DNA from: a virus | Taxonomy: Duplodnaviria; Caudoviricetes | DNA: 64,000 nucleotides | Direction: 5' to 3' (one strand) | IMG/VR virus record: IMGVR_UViG_3300043618_000034 | Coordinates: 2,287-66,286 of that record | Part shown: positions 44,167 to 54,914 of the stretch, one piece after another | Position numbering within the stretch: the first letter of the stretch is position 1 | How the letters are laid out: every line of letters begins with the position of its first letter | The notes under the pieces: generated by a model | What the model was told of the DNA's origin: nothing | The model's input: the letters and a program-made list of their open reading frames with translations, nothing else | Database searches by the model: none | Made by a program: the position numbers and the translations under genes

Positions 44167-44754
44167 ATGGTCAACATCACCCGCGCTGCGGATCTCACGA
44201 TGGTCGGCGCCAACGGCGGAGGCTGGGTCAGCCCCGTGGGCACCCCGGCCCTCGCATCCCCGCTGGCTCAGCCTCAGTCCCCGTGGCAGGCGCTGGGGGC
44301 GATCTCGGACGACGGCCTGGTCAACGGGTGGGACGAGGACAGCCAAGAATTCACCCCGTGGGGGCTGACCTCACCCTTCAGGACGCAGATCACCAAGTCG
44401 GTCCGGACGTTCGGGCTGACGGTGTGGGAGACCTCCCGCAAGCCCGTCATGTCCCTCCACTACCGGCTGGACGACGCCGATCTGGTCCCGGACGGTGACG
44501 GGATCACCAAGTTCGCGGAGACCGCGAGCCCGGTGCCGGACCGCAGGGCGTTCTGGTTCATCGTCGTCGACGGCGACAGCGCCCGCGGGTTCTACGTGCC
44601 GCAGGGCGAGATCTCGGACCGCTCCGACGTTACGTACAAGCAAGACGAAATGAGCGGCTTCGAATGGACCATCACCACCTACCCGGACGCGGCGGGCAAC
44701 ACCGTCTACCACGTCGACAAGCTCCCCATCACGCCGACTGACCCGGCGTCCTGA
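44167..44754 (+). CDS. Major tail (tube) protein
   Basis: LGAISDDG...FTPWG...TFGLTVWET...PQGEISDRSDVTYK...FEWTITTYPD. Confidence 0.9.
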   Translation: MVNITRAADLTMVGANGGGWVSPVGTPALASPLAQPQSPWQALGAISDDGLVNGWDEDSQEFTPWGLTSPFRTQITKSVRTFGLTVWETSRKPVMSLHYRLDDADLVPDGDGITKFAETASPVPDRRAFWFIVVDGDSARGFYVPQGEISDRSDVTYKQDEMSGFEWTITTYPDAAGNTVYHVDKLPITPTDPAS

Positions 44755-44757
44755 GCT

Positions 44758-44803
44758 GGACGGGCGGGCCTCTTCTGCTGGCGCGGGCCCGGCCCGCCCG
44801 TCC
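44758..44803 (+). terminator. Hairpin after the major tail gene
   Basis: GGACGGGCGGGCC / GGCCCGCCCGTCC 13-bp stem, then pyrimidine tract. Confidence 0.6.
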
Positions 44804-44848
44804 TTCCCCTTCCCATCGCCCGCGCCATCAACGAGGAGGCCCGCGCCC

Positions 44849-45274
44849 ATGGCCGCGAACAGCCGCACCGCATCCACCCGAAAGACCACCCCATCGCGAG
44901 CCGCCCGAGCGTCGCGCGAACTGGCGCCAGCAGTTCGAGGAGACGTCGATGAGATCGACGAACTCGATGCGGCCGACGCGCAGGAGGTGGAGGCCGTCGG
45001 CAAGCACATCACTGTCGCTCTTTGCGGCGAGGGGATGCGTGTCGCGCCTGCCGGAACCTGGCCTGTGTCAGCCCAGCGAGCCCTGCGCCAGGGAGACTTC
45101 GACGGTTTCATGGCTGCCGTGCTTCACGAGGAGGACTACGAGCTCTACGAGGAGCTCGACCCGACCTTCGACGAGATCAACCTGTTCATTGAGGATGCAG
45201 GGAACCTCTCGGGTGAGTCTCAGGGAAAATCGCGTGGACCCAATCGGTCGTCAAGGCGCACGCGGAATCGGTAG
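44849..45274 (+). CDS. Tail assembly chaperone (gpG-like)
   Basis: Position after tail tube gene; ends shortly after slippery G_GGA_AAA. Confidence 0.85.
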   Translation: MAANSRTASTRKTTPSRAARASRELAPAVRGDVDEIDELDAADAQEVEAVGKHITVALCGEGMRVAPAGTWPVSAQRALRQGDFDGFMAAVLHEEDYELYEELDPTFDEINLFIEDAGNLSGESQGKSRGPNRSSRRTRNR

Positions 45275-45681
45275 AGGCTGACCTCTGGCGTTTCTACCAG
45301 CGGGACCTCCTCGACGTACACCGCGGGGCAATGACGTGGCGGCAGCTGCGTGTGCTGATCCAGCACCTGCCGCCCGAGTCCGCCACCATGACCGCCCTGC
45401 GGAACGCCCTGGATCCGGCGGAGTACGAGCAGCAGGCGCGCAACGGGCGGCCCGAAGAGGGCCGCTGGTCGATGACGGAGCAGCTGCTGGCGGGCATCTC
45501 CGATTCCCTGCACCAGCTGGAGTACATCCTCATCCTCGCCAACTCCAGTGGTAAGGGCCATAAGCCCAAGCGCCCAACGCCGATGCGGCGCCCTGGCGTG
45601 ACAGTTCCCCAGGAGCGCGAGCAGCTCACGGAGCAGGGCTCAGAGTTCCTCTTCGCCCTGATCAACGGAGGCGCGGCCTAA
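44849..45681 (+). CDS. Tail assembly chaperone, -1 frameshift product (gpGT-like, 277 aa)
   Basis: G_GGA_AAA at 45223-45229; -1 frame is open: IAWTQSVVKAHAESVEADLWRFYQRDLLDVHRGAMTWRQLRVLIQHLPPES. Confidence 0.9.
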
Positions 45682-46622
45682 CGAGTCCCACCATTCAGTG
45701 TTTGATGGGGACAGACGCCGAAGCGGACAGCATTGTTACAGTTCCCGCAGAGCACTCGAAGCGGCGGGTCGTTAGGAAACCCGAGTTTCCGGAGCGTCGC
45801 GTAAAAGCCTCCGGGGTTCTTAGCCAGGGAGCGCCGATGCGCCTTTCCATTTCCGTCGACGTGATCCAGGTGGAGAAAGTCCACGCCTGCTTCACCACAG
45901 CACGCGCATGATCCGCCATAGGCCTCAAGGGTCTCGATCTTGAGGCGGCGACGATACCTTTGATTTGCATTCTTCGGGACCGTTGGAAGTACATGCGGGC
46001 AGTGGGTGCGTTTACTTTTGGCTCCATTACAGGACCAGCAGAGGGTCTGGAAATCCGCTGGGAAGTTGTTTTCGCGAAGCCACTTGTGGAACTGTGCCCC
46101 GCCGTTCATTCCGAGGGCCCGGCGGTGGTCGGCGCCTCCGCCGGAAATGTGGTCGAGCGACAGGAAGACGTCACTGGTGTCGATGCCGCAGCAAGCACAT
46201 CGATGCCCGTAGTGATCGAGAGCGTCCCGCCGAAGCCGTTCGCGGTATGCGGCTTTCTGTGCGCTGATAGCGTCTTGATTCTCCGCACGGTACTTCGCAT
46301 TCCTGCCTAGGATCACCTCCCGGTTCGCCTGGTAGTTTGCTGCCTGCCACGCCCGGATCTTGGCTCCGTCCTCTTTGTACTTGAGGACGTTGCGCGCTCG
46401 GATTGCGGGACGGTTCGCGGCGCGGTATTCAGCCTGCTGAGCCTTTCGGGCATCGCGGTTGGCGGCTCGATACTCACGACTCTTCTCTGCCGCACAGATC
46501 TTGCAAGAGCCGTTCGACGAGTATGTATTTTCCGGCACCATCTCATGCAGACCTCTCCTGCATATTCGCGGCTTAGCCCCGGAATTCGTTGCCGATGCTG
46601 GTTTCGCACCTCGTTCAACCAT
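45678..46622 (-). CDS. Endonuclease with two tandem HNH domains, antisense insertion
   Basis: YGHRCACCG...LSLDHISGGG...LCWSCN and YGGSCACCG...LHLDHVDGNG...LCGNCN; GGAG SD; lower GC than neighbours. Confidence 0.85.
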   Translation of the reverse strand: MVERGAKPASATNSGAKPRICRRGLHEMVPENTYSSNGSCKICAAEKSREYRAANRDARKAQQAEYRAANRPAIRARNVLKYKEDGAKIRAWQAANYQANREVILGRNAKYRAENQDAISAQKAAYRERLRRDALDHYGHRCACCGIDTSDVFLSLDHISGGGADHRRALGMNGGAQFHKWLRENNFPADFQTLCWSCNGAKSKRTHCPHVLPTVPKNANQRYRRRLKIETLEAYGGSCACCGEAGVDFLHLDHVDGNGKAHRRSLAKNPGGFYATLRKLGFPNDPPLRVLCGNCNNAVRFGVCPHQTLNGGTR

Positions 46623-46680
46623 GTCCGTTCTCCGTTGATCGGACTTCGTAGACGGTGACGACCGGAAGGGGGTCCCTTCC

Positions 46681-49600
46681 ATGGCAATCCAGGTCGGCTC
46701 CGTTGAAGTTGACGTAATTCCCTCAATGCGAGGAATCTACCAGCGTCTGCGTGACGGGCTCGTCCCGGCAGCCACCCGGGCGGGCGAGGATGCGGGCTCG
46801 GCGGCTGGCCGTTCCTTCGGCCCGGCGATGCAGGCGCAAGTCGGCGACATCGGTGTACGGATCGGTCAGCAGATCGGCAGCCAGATCGCCGCCCGTATCA
46901 CCGCGGAGATCCGCGGTGCGCTGCGTGACGGCATCACCCAGGGCGGTGCCGCAGCCCGCCCGGCGGCGACCCGGCAGGGCGAGGAGACCGGCGGCGCGTT
47001 CGCACGGGCGATGAAGACCCGTCTGGAGGCGGCATTCCGCAACCTCCCAAAGATCAACATCGACGCCAATACGTCGGAGGCCGACGCCGATCTACAGGCG
47101 CTCCGGGTCCGGATGGAGACCCTCGCCAGCAAGCGGATCGGTGTCGACATCGACACCGCCGCCGCAAAGGCGGAGATCACCGACATTGAGGAGCAGCTCC
47201 GCCGTCTCGGCGCCGCCCACCCGAACGTGTCCGTCCGCGCGGACACCGCAGCCGCGCGCGCCGAACTGGCAGCGGTCAAGGCGGAGATCGACCGTATCTC
47301 GGCCACGCCGGGACGGGTACGGCTGGAGACGGACGGCACGTTCGGCCAGCGGCTCCGCATGGCGGTGCAGCAGGCGGAGGCGTCCCTTCCGAACATCAAT
47401 ATCGGCGCCGACACGAGCGAGGCGGCGGCCGAGATTGCGTCGCTGCGCGGCCAGCTCACGGCCCTGCGGGACCAGCGCGTCGGCATCGACATCGACGCCG
47501 CGACCGCCCTGGCCAAGGTCAACGAGATCCAGGCCAGGTTGCAGCGCCTCTCAACGAGCGATGCCGACGTTGCCGTCCGCGTCGACGCTGCCGGTGCGTC
47601 GGCTCAGCTGGCCGCCGTCCAGGCGATGATCAGCCGCCTCGACGGGCAGACCGCCCGGGTCAACGTCGACACCTCCGGTGCCCTGTCGGCGATCCTCCAT
47701 CTGACGGTGGCGATCGCGGGCCTCGCTGCCATCCCTGCGGTGCCGATCCTCGCTGCGGGTATGGGTGCCATCGCCTCGTCCGCGGTGGCGGCTGGCGCCG
47801 GAGTCGGGGCGCTTGCTGCGGTAGCCGCACCCGCGATCATCAGCATCGGTGGTGCCCTCCAGGCGCAGAAGGCCGCTCAGGACGCTGCCACCAATGCCAC
47901 GTACAAGGGCGGGCAGGCGGCTGGCCAAGGGGCGTCGAAGGCGCTCCAAATGGCGGGTGCACAGCAGGCCCTGGCCAGTGCGCACAGGAATGCGGCCCGG
48001 CAGATCAAGCAGGCCGAGCAGGGTGTCGGCGACGCGGTGCGTAGTGCCGCCGAGGCGAACCAGCGTGCCGCGGAGCAGGTCAAGCAGGCCAAGCAGTCCC
48101 TGGCCGACGCCGTACAGCAGGCTGCGGACCGGCAGCGGGATGCGGCCGAGCGGGTTGTGCAGGCGGAGCAGTCCCTGGCGGACGCGCAGCGTACTGCCCG
48201 GCAGGCGCAGCAGGATCTGACCCGGGCCAGGAAGGACGCCGCGGCGCAGCTCGCCGAGATGGGCGACCGTCTCGCGAATGCGCAGCTCTCCGAGCGGGAC
48301 GCGGTCCTGTCGGTGCAGGAGGCCAGGGACCGGCTGCGGGCGACGCAGGCCAAGGGCACCAAGGCCACGCTCATCGAGCAGCAGCGCGCGCAGCTGGCCT
48401 ACGACCAGGCGGTGCAGCGGCTCAAGGAGCAGCAGGCCGAGACGAAGAACCTCACCGCGGAGAAGGCGGCGGCGGACCGAGCGGGCGTCGAGGGCTCGGA
48501 GACCGTCAAGGCCGCGCAGGAGCGGGTCGGTGCCGCCGAGCGCGGTGTTGCCGAGCAGCAGCGTGCGCTCGGGAAGGCGCGCTCGGCGGCGGCCCGCCAG
48601 CAGGTGCAGTCTCAGCGGGACATCGCCGCCGCGCAGCAGAAGGTCGCCGAGTCCCAGCGCAACGTCACGAAAGTCCAGGAGGACGGGGCTCGTTCGGTCG
48701 CCCGCGCACAGGACAGCTTGGCCGCCGCGCAAGCATCGGCCGCCGACTCGATTGCCTCCGCTCAGCGTCAGATCGCCTCCGCTCAGCAGTCGGCTGCGTC
48801 GACTGCGGCCGGGGGCATTGATCAGGCTGCCGTCGCGCAGGCCAAGTACGCCGCCGCGCTGGCGAAGCTGACCCCGGCCGCGCGCGGGACGTTCAACGCG
48901 TTCATTGCCCTGCGAGCGGCGTTCAAGGCATGGTCGGAGTCGTTGCAGCCAGCGGTGATGCCGATCTTCACGCGGGCGCTCGTCGGGCTGAAGAACAGCC
49001 TGCCGGGGCTGACGCCGTTCGTACTCGCGGCTGCGCGCGCGATCACCACGCTCCAGGACCGGGTGTCCCGCGGGTTCAAGAGCCCCTGGTGGAAGACGTT
49101 CAAGGCTGACCTGGCGGGCTCCGTCGAGCCCGCGATCGTCGGGCTCGGCGCGTCCTTCGGGCGGATCTTCAAGGGCATGGGCGGCGTCGTCCAGGCCTTC
49201 CTCCCGCACATGGAGTCCATCTCGAAGCGGATGCAGGCCATCACTGGCCGGTTCGCGAACTGGGGTTCCTCGCTGAAGGGCAGCCCCGAGTTCGAGCGCT
49301 TCCTCGCCTACGCCTCGCGCATGGGGCCGATCCTCGCGAAGTCCATCGGCGACATCAGCTCCGCGTTTTACCAGATGGCGAAGGCCACGTCGCCCTTGTC
49401 GGGGCCGGTTCTCCAGGCCCTGGGTGCCGTTGCCCGCGCCATCGCCGCGGTCGCGTCGAACCTGCCGTGGTTGATCCAGCTCCTGTACGGCGTCTGGATC
49501 GCGACGAAGCTCTGGACGCTCGCGGTGATCGCCTTCAACTTGGCGATGAACGCCAACCCGATCGTGCGGGTCATCGCCTTGGTCGTCGCGCTGGTCGCGG

Positions 49601-51570
49601 CCGTGGTGTACGCGTACAAGAACTGGACTTGGTTCCGGGACATCGTCAACCAGGTCTGGTCAGCGATCAGCGCAGCCGCGACCTGGGCCTGGCGCACAGT
49701 GCTCAAGCCGATCTTCGACGCCTTCGCTGCTGCCTGGCGCGTAGTGGCGGACGCCGCGACGTGGCTCTGGGTGAACATCCTCTCGCCCGTCTTCAACGCC
49801 ATCGCGGCAGCCGCCAGGGTGCTGTTCAGCGTGGTCTTCACCGTCCTGATCACCCCGCTGAAGATCGCGTTCGAGGTCATTGGGGCTGTGGTCAAGTGGC
49901 TGTGGACGAACGTCTTCCAGCCGGTTTTCACCTGGATCGGCGAGAAGGCGCGGTGGCTGTGGCAGGCGCATCTGAAGCCGGTCTGGGATGCCATGAAGGT
50001 CGGCTTGGGGCAGCTCGCGGCGAAGTTCAAGGAGCTGTGGGACGCCTATGTCCGCCCGGTCTGCAACTGGATCGGCGACAAGGTCAGTTGGCTGTGGACC
50101 AACCGCATTAAGCCCGCACTCGACCAGATCAAGCCCGGCCTAAAGGTCCTCGGCGAGCGGCTGATGCAGCTCTGGCGGGAGTACGCCAGGCCCGCCCTCG
50201 ATTTCATCGGCGAAAAGGCGTCGTGGCTGTGGCACAACGCGTTGCAGCCTGCGTTCAGGATGATCGGGATCGGGCTCACCACGCTGTGGAAGTCCTTCGA
50301 GATCACCGTGCGCAATATCGACGTGGCCTGGAGCCGACTCCGTGACATCGCACGGGCTCCGGTCCGTTTCATCATCGACAAGATCTACAACGGGGGCCTC
50401 GTTCCGACCTGGAACCTGATTGCGGCGGCTTTCGGCGCTCCGAAGATCGAGCGCATGGACATCCGGGGGTGGGCGACCGGTGGTGTCCTGCCCGGCTACA
50501 CCCCGGGCCGTGACATCCACCTGGCCGCCCTGTCCGGCGGTGAAGCCGTCATGCGCCCGGAATGGACCAGGGCGGTCGGTCCTGACTACGTGAACACCAT
50601 GAATGCCGCAGCTCGCGGCGGTGGTGTCGCGGGCGTCCAACAGGCGCTCGGCCTCCCCGCGTTCGAAGACGGAGGGATCTTCGACTGGATCGGCTCCGCC
50701 GCTTCGGCAGTCAAGGGGGTCGGCTCCAAAGCCTGGGATGGCATCAAGTCCGCCGCGGGCTGGCTGACCGACACGATCGAGTCCTCCGCTCGCGCTGGTC
50801 TGAACGCAGCGGTCACCCCGCTGATGGCCCTCTTCCCCACCGGCGGCGGGGACTTCGGGAAGATGACTCGGCGGATCCCGTCGAAGATGATCGACGCGAT
50901 CCTCGAGTACGGCAAGAAGGCCGACGACAAGGGCGCCGCCAGCGTCGGCACCATCGGCGGCGTCGTCCCCACTGGGCAGCGCCGTGCCGTCATCACCCAG
51001 GCGTTGGCCGCAGCTCACGTCCCGCCGCCTGGATCGATGGCTCAGTGGCTCGCGGGCATGAACACCTTGATCACCCGCGAGTCCGGTTGGAACCCCAAGG
51101 CGATCAACCGGTGGGACTCGAACGCCGCAGCCGGGCATCCAAGCCAGGGCTTGGCTCAGACGATTCCGGGAACGTTCAACGCCTACGTGCCCGCCTCGCT
51201 GCGGTCGCGCGGCATCCTCGACCCGGTGGCGAACGTGGCGGCCTCGATCCGCTACATCGTCAGCCGTTACGGGAACATCACCGGAGTCCAGCAGGCCAAC
51301 GCGAACAGGCCGCCCGCCGGGTACGACTCCGGCGGCTACCTCCAGCCGGGTTTGAACCTGGCGTACAACGGCACCGGGAAGCCGGAGCCGGTCTTCACCG
51401 CACAGCAGGCCAATGCGCTCACCAGCATGGCCGCCTCCGGGACGGGGCTCGGCGACCTGTCGGTGTCCGTGTTCGTCGGTGACCGCGAGATCACCGACAT
51501 CGCGCGCGCCGAGGTCCACACCGCTCAGGGCGAGCTGATCCAGGTCCTCAACGCGGGAGGGGGTAACTGA
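46681..51570 (+). CDS. Tape measure protein with C-terminal lytic transglycosylase (SLT) domain
   Basis: 1629 aa, Ala/Gln coiled coil and Trp-periodic repeats; LITRESGWNPKAIN...SQGLAQ...DPVANVAASIRYIVSRYG. Confidence 0.95.
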   Translation: MAIQVGSVEVDVIPSMRGIYQRLRDGLVPAATRAGEDAGSAAGRSFGPAMQAQVGDIGVRIGQQIGSQIAARITAEIRGALRDGITQGGAAARPAATRQGEETGGAFARAMKTRLEAAFRNLPKINIDANTSEADADLQALRVRMETLASKRIGVDIDTAAAKAEITDIEEQLRRLGAAHPNVSVRADTAAARAELAAVKAEIDRISATPGRVRLETDGTFGQRLRMAVQQAEASLPNINIGADTSEAAAEIASLRGQLTALRDQRVGIDIDAATALAKVNEIQARLQRLSTSDADVAVRVDAAGASAQLAAVQAMISRLDGQTARVNVDTSGALSAILHLTVAIAGLAAIPAVPILAAGMGAIASSAVAAGAGVGALAAVAAPAIISIGGALQAQKAAQDAATNATYKGGQAAGQGASKALQMAGAQQALASAHRNAARQIKQAEQGVGDAVRSAAEANQRAAEQVKQAKQSLADAVQQAADRQRDAAERVVQAEQSLADAQRTARQAQQDLTRARKDAAAQLAEMGDRLANAQLSERDAVLSVQEARDRLRATQAKGTKATLIEQQRAQLAYDQAVQRLKEQQAETKNLTAEKAAADRAGVEGSETVKAAQERVGAAERGVAEQQRALGKARSAAARQQVQSQRDIAAAQQKVAESQRNVTKVQEDGARSVARAQDSLAAAQASAADSIASAQRQIASAQQSAASTAAGGIDQAAVAQAKYAAALAKLTPAARGTFNAFIALRAAFKAWSESLQPAVMPIFTRALVGLKNSLPGLTPFVLAAARAITTLQDRVSRGFKSPWWKTFKADLAGSVEPAIVGLGASFGRIFKGMGGVVQAFLPHMESISKRMQAITGRFANWGSSLKGSPEFERFLAYASRMGPILAKSIGDISSAFYQMAKATSPLSGPVLQALGAVARAIAAVASNLPWLIQLLYGVWIATKLWTLAVIAFNLAMNANPIVRVIALVVALVAAVVYAYKNWTWFRDIVNQVWSAISAAATWAWRTVLKPIFDAFAAAWRVVADAATWLWVNILSPVFNAIAAAARVLFSVVFTVLITPLKIAFEVIGAVVKWLWTNVFQPVFTWIGEKARWLWQAHLKPVWDAMKVGLGQLAAKFKELWDAYVRPVCNWIGDKVSWLWTNRIKPALDQIKPGLKVLGERLMQLWREYARPALDFIGEKASWLWHNALQPAFRMIGIGLTTLWKSFEITVRNIDVAWSRLRDIARAPVRFIIDKIYNGGLVPTWNLIAAAFGAPKIERMDIRGWATGGVLPGYTPGRDIHLAALSGGEAVMRPEWTRAVGPDYVNTMNAAARGGGVAGVQQALGLPAFEDGGIFDWIGSAASAVKGVGSKAWDGIKSAAGWLTDTIESSARAGLNAAVTPLMALFPTGGGDFGKMTRRIPSKMIDAILEYGKKADDKGAASVGTIGGVVPTGQRRAVITQALAAAHVPPPGSMAQWLAGMNTLITRESGWNPKAINRWDSNAAAGHPSQGLAQTIPGTFNAYVPASLRSRGILDPVANVAASIRYIVSRYGNITGVQQANANRPPAGYDSGGYLQPGLNLAYNGTGKPEPVFTAQQANALTSMAASGTGLGDLSVSVFVGDREITDIARAEVHTAQGELIQVLNAGGGN

Positions 51571-51572
51571 AT

Positions 51573-53819
51573 ATGGCGATCCCCGGGAACTTCCTGTCGC
51601 AGGTCACGGAGTCCATCGACCCGAACACGAGTGGGTGGGCTCCCCTCCTCAACTGCACCCTGTCATTGGGCACGGGCGGGAGGAACGGCGGCGACGGCTG
51701 TCTCGCCATCAAGAGCATCGCAGCCGGGGAGATGCGGGCGCGCACCGCGTCGTCGTATCCGGTCGTCGTGGGCACGGTGTACTACGCGTTCGCCGACGCG
51801 GGCGGTGCGACCGTCCCGGAGCGGATCGGTATCCGATGGCTGAATGCGGCCAACGGTGAGGTCAGCATCCTGTGGTCGCTCACGACGGCGTCGGCGATGT
51901 CGGGCTGGCACCGCATCAGCGTGGCTGGGGCCGCCCCGGTGGGCGCAGTGCGCGCGCAGGTCGTCATCTCGTCGACTCCGGCCGGGGCCGCGGTCTACAC
52001 CTACATCGAGAACGTGTACCTCGGGCTGCCGATCAGGACGACCGGCAACCTGCTCAGCTTCGCGGCGGAGTCGACGGAGGTGTCCGCGTCGCAGTGGGCA
52101 CCCGAGGTCAACGCCACGCTCGGCAGGTCGGTGCCCGCCGTCGCCTGGTCCGTCGACAACTACCTCGGCGGCGGGCACGTATTGAACGTCGTCGCCACTG
52201 GTGCGGGCAATGCCGCAGCGCTGTGCACGGAACGCCCCAGCGTCACCCCGGGCACCGAGTACCTGGCCTACGCGTACATCGGCCCGCCCACGCTCGCCTC
52301 GGACACGTGGATAGAGCTGCGGTTCTACGACGTCAACGGCAACCAGATCCAGGCGACTCGGAGCAGCCTCGCGGCCCCCGGCACCGGGCTGTACCGGCAG
52401 CGGGTCAGCGCCTTCGCGCCCGCACTCGCGGCCACCGCCAGCGTCGCCGTAGGGATCAACGGCGCGTCCGCGGCGCAGGTGGTCCGCCTGGAGACGGTCG
52501 TCATCGCGGCGGCCTACGTCCTCCAGTACGGCACCGTCGTCCCCTACGCGGACGGTTCCGCCGAGCAGGGCATCGCGGGCTGGACCAAAACGGCCGGGGT
52601 CGCGACGCTCGCGCGCTCGACTCCGTGGGGCGCGTACAGCCTCGACGGGGCGTACTCCCTGACCGTGACGTCGACGACGGCCACCGCCTCGACCATCAGG
52701 TCCGCGAAGTTTCCGCTGCCTGTTGGTTCCGGGAGCAAGGGCTTCCGGCTCCAGGTCGGAGCCGCGGTCACCGCGGGCGGCTGGAACGCGGTCCGCGGGG
52801 TGCGCTGGTACAGCGCCACGAACACCGACCTCGGACTCACCTCGGCGTCGAGCGCGGCCGTACCGGGTGGCGGCGGCTGGTGGTACCTCAGCAATGACTT
52901 CACGGCCCCTGCCTCGGCGACGCAGGCGGCGATCGAGTGGACGGTCACCGCGACCGCCACCAACTCGGTACTCCGCCTCGACGCGTTGGCCTTGTGGCAG
53001 GCCCTGCCCTTGGTGTCCGTGACAGCTGTGGACGCCACCGCATCAATCACCCTGACGCTGCGCGAGCTGGCGGCCGGCGACCTCGTCACCGTGTGGCGGG
53101 TCCTCGGCGACGGCTCCCGGACGCTGGTCCGTGGGCCGTCCGGGCTGATGGATCGGGTGGTGCTCACCTCGGACCTGCTGGTCGTCGAGGACTACGAGGC
53201 GCCGCTCGGGGTGCCGGTGTCGTACTACGTCGAGGTACGCGACTCGGTCACCGAAGAGCTGCTCAGCAGCCGCACGTCGGACTCGGTCACGATCAGCGTG
53301 GGCGATCCGAACATGGCGTGGCTGAAGGATCCGGGCAACCCGATGCGGAACGCGCAGGTCATGGTGCAGCACGCCCCGGCCTGGCAGCGGTCCATCGAAC
53401 AGAGCGTGTACAGGGTCAAGGGCCGGCGAAACCCCGTCGTGCTCAGTGGCGTCCGCTCTGGCCTGGAGGGTGAACTGGCGATCTGGACGCAGACCGACGA
53501 CGAGCGGGCCGCCCTGCACTGGCTCCTCGACTCTGGCCACGTTCTACTGTGGCAGGCCGTCCCGGGCATGGGCGTGGCCGACATGTACGTCAGCGTCGGC
53601 CAGATCACCGAGTCCCGCATCGGCGGCACGGCGATGGAGCCGTGGAGGGCCTGGCAACTGCCGCTGGTCGAAGTCGATCTGCCCGTCAGCACCGGCGTCA
53701 ATGGATCCGGCGGCAGGACATGGATCGACGTCCTCGCCGAGTACGACACCTGCGACGCCCTGCTGGCCGCCTACGCCACCTGCGAGGATCTGCTCCTCGA
53801 CCACCGCATCGGGGGGTGA
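51573..53819 (+). CDS. Minor tail protein (distal tail with carbohydrate-binding-like repeats)
   Basis: Repeated beta-sandwich segments; DYEAPLG...WLKDP C-terminal domain. Confidence 0.8.
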   Translation: MAIPGNFLSQVTESIDPNTSGWAPLLNCTLSLGTGGRNGGDGCLAIKSIAAGEMRARTASSYPVVVGTVYYAFADAGGATVPERIGIRWLNAANGEVSILWSLTTASAMSGWHRISVAGAAPVGAVRAQVVISSTPAGAAVYTYIENVYLGLPIRTTGNLLSFAAESTEVSASQWAPEVNATLGRSVPAVAWSVDNYLGGGHVLNVVATGAGNAAALCTERPSVTPGTEYLAYAYIGPPTLASDTWIELRFYDVNGNQIQATRSSLAAPGTGLYRQRVSAFAPALAATASVAVGINGASAAQVVRLETVVIAAAYVLQYGTVVPYADGSAEQGIAGWTKTAGVATLARSTPWGAYSLDGAYSLTVTSTTATASTIRSAKFPLPVGSGSKGFRLQVGAAVTAGGWNAVRGVRWYSATNTDLGLTSASSAAVPGGGGWWYLSNDFTAPASATQAAIEWTVTATATNSVLRLDALALWQALPLVSVTAVDATASITLTLRELAAGDLVTVWRVLGDGSRTLVRGPSGLMDRVVLTSDLLVVEDYEAPLGVPVSYYVEVRDSVTEELLSSRTSDSVTISVGDPNMAWLKDPGNPMRNAQVMVQHAPAWQRSIEQSVYRVKGRRNPVVLSGVRSGLEGELAIWTQTDDERAALHWLLDSGHVLLWQAVPGMGVADMYVSVGQITESRIGGTAMEPWRAWQLPLVEVDLPVSTGVNGSGGRTWIDVLAEYDTCDALLAAYATCEDLLLDHRIGG

Positions 53820-53822
53820 CCG

Positions 53823-54914
53823 ATGTATCCGGTCTCGGATCGCTTCCTGGCCCGGCTCGCCGAGTCCCACCGACCCGTCACAGAGGTGCTCCTCATCCGC
53901 ACGACCGGGGAGGTCATCCCGCTAGAGCACACCGGCGGATCCGTGAGTGCCGACAGGGGGCAGGCCATCCGCCGCACCTGCACCGTCACCACCGCCGACG
54001 TCTCCCTCATCCCGCGCACGCCCGCGGACACGCTCGCCATGTACGGGGCACGGCTACGGATCAGCCGCGGCGTCGACTACGGCGACGGAACCCAAGAGCT
54101 TGTGCCGCTCGGGATGTTCCGACTGGACTCCGTCGAGGGCGACCCCACCGACGGGCCGGTCACCCTGACCGGCAAGGACATCTCGACGTGTGTTGCCGAC
54201 GACAAACTCACCGCCCCCTACCGGGCCTTCGGGACCGCGGCGGGGGCGATCGAGGCACTGATCCTGCGCAGCCTCCCGGCGGCCACCGTCCTCACGACCG
54301 CGGTCGACGCGGCGATCGGCGCCCGAACCTGGGACGTCGAGGCGGACCCGTGGGCGGCGGTGCAGGAGGTTGCCGCCGCGGTTGGCGCAACGTGCTTCGC
54401 CAACCCGGACGGCATCTTCACCATCGCCACCCTGCCGGACCTGCTGACCACCGACCCGGTGTGGGCAGTCGAGGCCGCCGAGGGTGGGGTGTACGTCCGA
54501 GGCTCACGCGGGATGTCCGCGGACAAGGTCTTCAACGGAGTTCTCGCCCGCGGGGAAAGCGCCGAGAACAACCTGCCTCCCGTGCAGTGGCTGGCCACGG
54601 ACGACGACACGGGCAGCCCTACCTACTGGGGCGGACCCTATGGGCGGCGGCCGATGTTCTACTCCAGTTCGACGCTGATCAGCGTTGCCGCCTGCCAAGC
54701 CGCAGCGAACCTCAAGCTGGCCGCGAGCAAGGCGCCGAACGCCAAGGGGGACTTCAGCAGCCTTCCGAATCCGGCTCTGGAGTGCGGCGACGTCATCCGC
54801 GTTACCCACCCCGACGGGCTGCGCGAACTCCACCAGGTGCAGAGCTTTGCTGTGCCTCTCGACGAGGGCGGCGAATTCCCGATCAGCACGATCTCGGCGA
54901 AGGAGGACGCGTGA
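53823..54914 (+). CDS. Minor tail / baseplate hub protein
   Basis: MYPVSDRFL...GGSVSADR...IRRTC...LPNPALECGDV. Confidence 0.8.
   Translation: MYPVSDRFLARLAESHRPVTEVLLIRTTGEVIPLEHTGGSVSADRGQAIRRTCTVTTADVSLIPRTPADTLAMYGARLRISRGVDYGDGTQELVPLGMFRLDSVEGDPTDGPVTLTGKDISTCVADDKLTAPYRAFGTAAGAIEALILRSLPAATVLTTAVDAAIGARTWDVEADPWAAVQEVAAAVGATCFANPDGIFTIATLPDLLTTDPVWAVEAAEGGVYVRGSRGMSADKVFNGVLARGESAENNLPPVQWLATDDDTGSPTYWGGPYGRRPMFYSSSTLISVAACQAAANLKLAASKAPNAKGDFSSLPNPALECGDVIRVTHPDGLRELHQVQSFAVPLDEGGEFPISTISAKEDA

Noticed and set aside
45223-45229. Tail chaperone -1 frameshift as a novelty
   Set aside because: Well-known feature of long-tailed phages; kept as a feature and as the internal reference for the terL site
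51040-51310. SLT domain in the tape measure protein as a novelty
   Set aside because: Muralytic domains are common in actinophage tape measures
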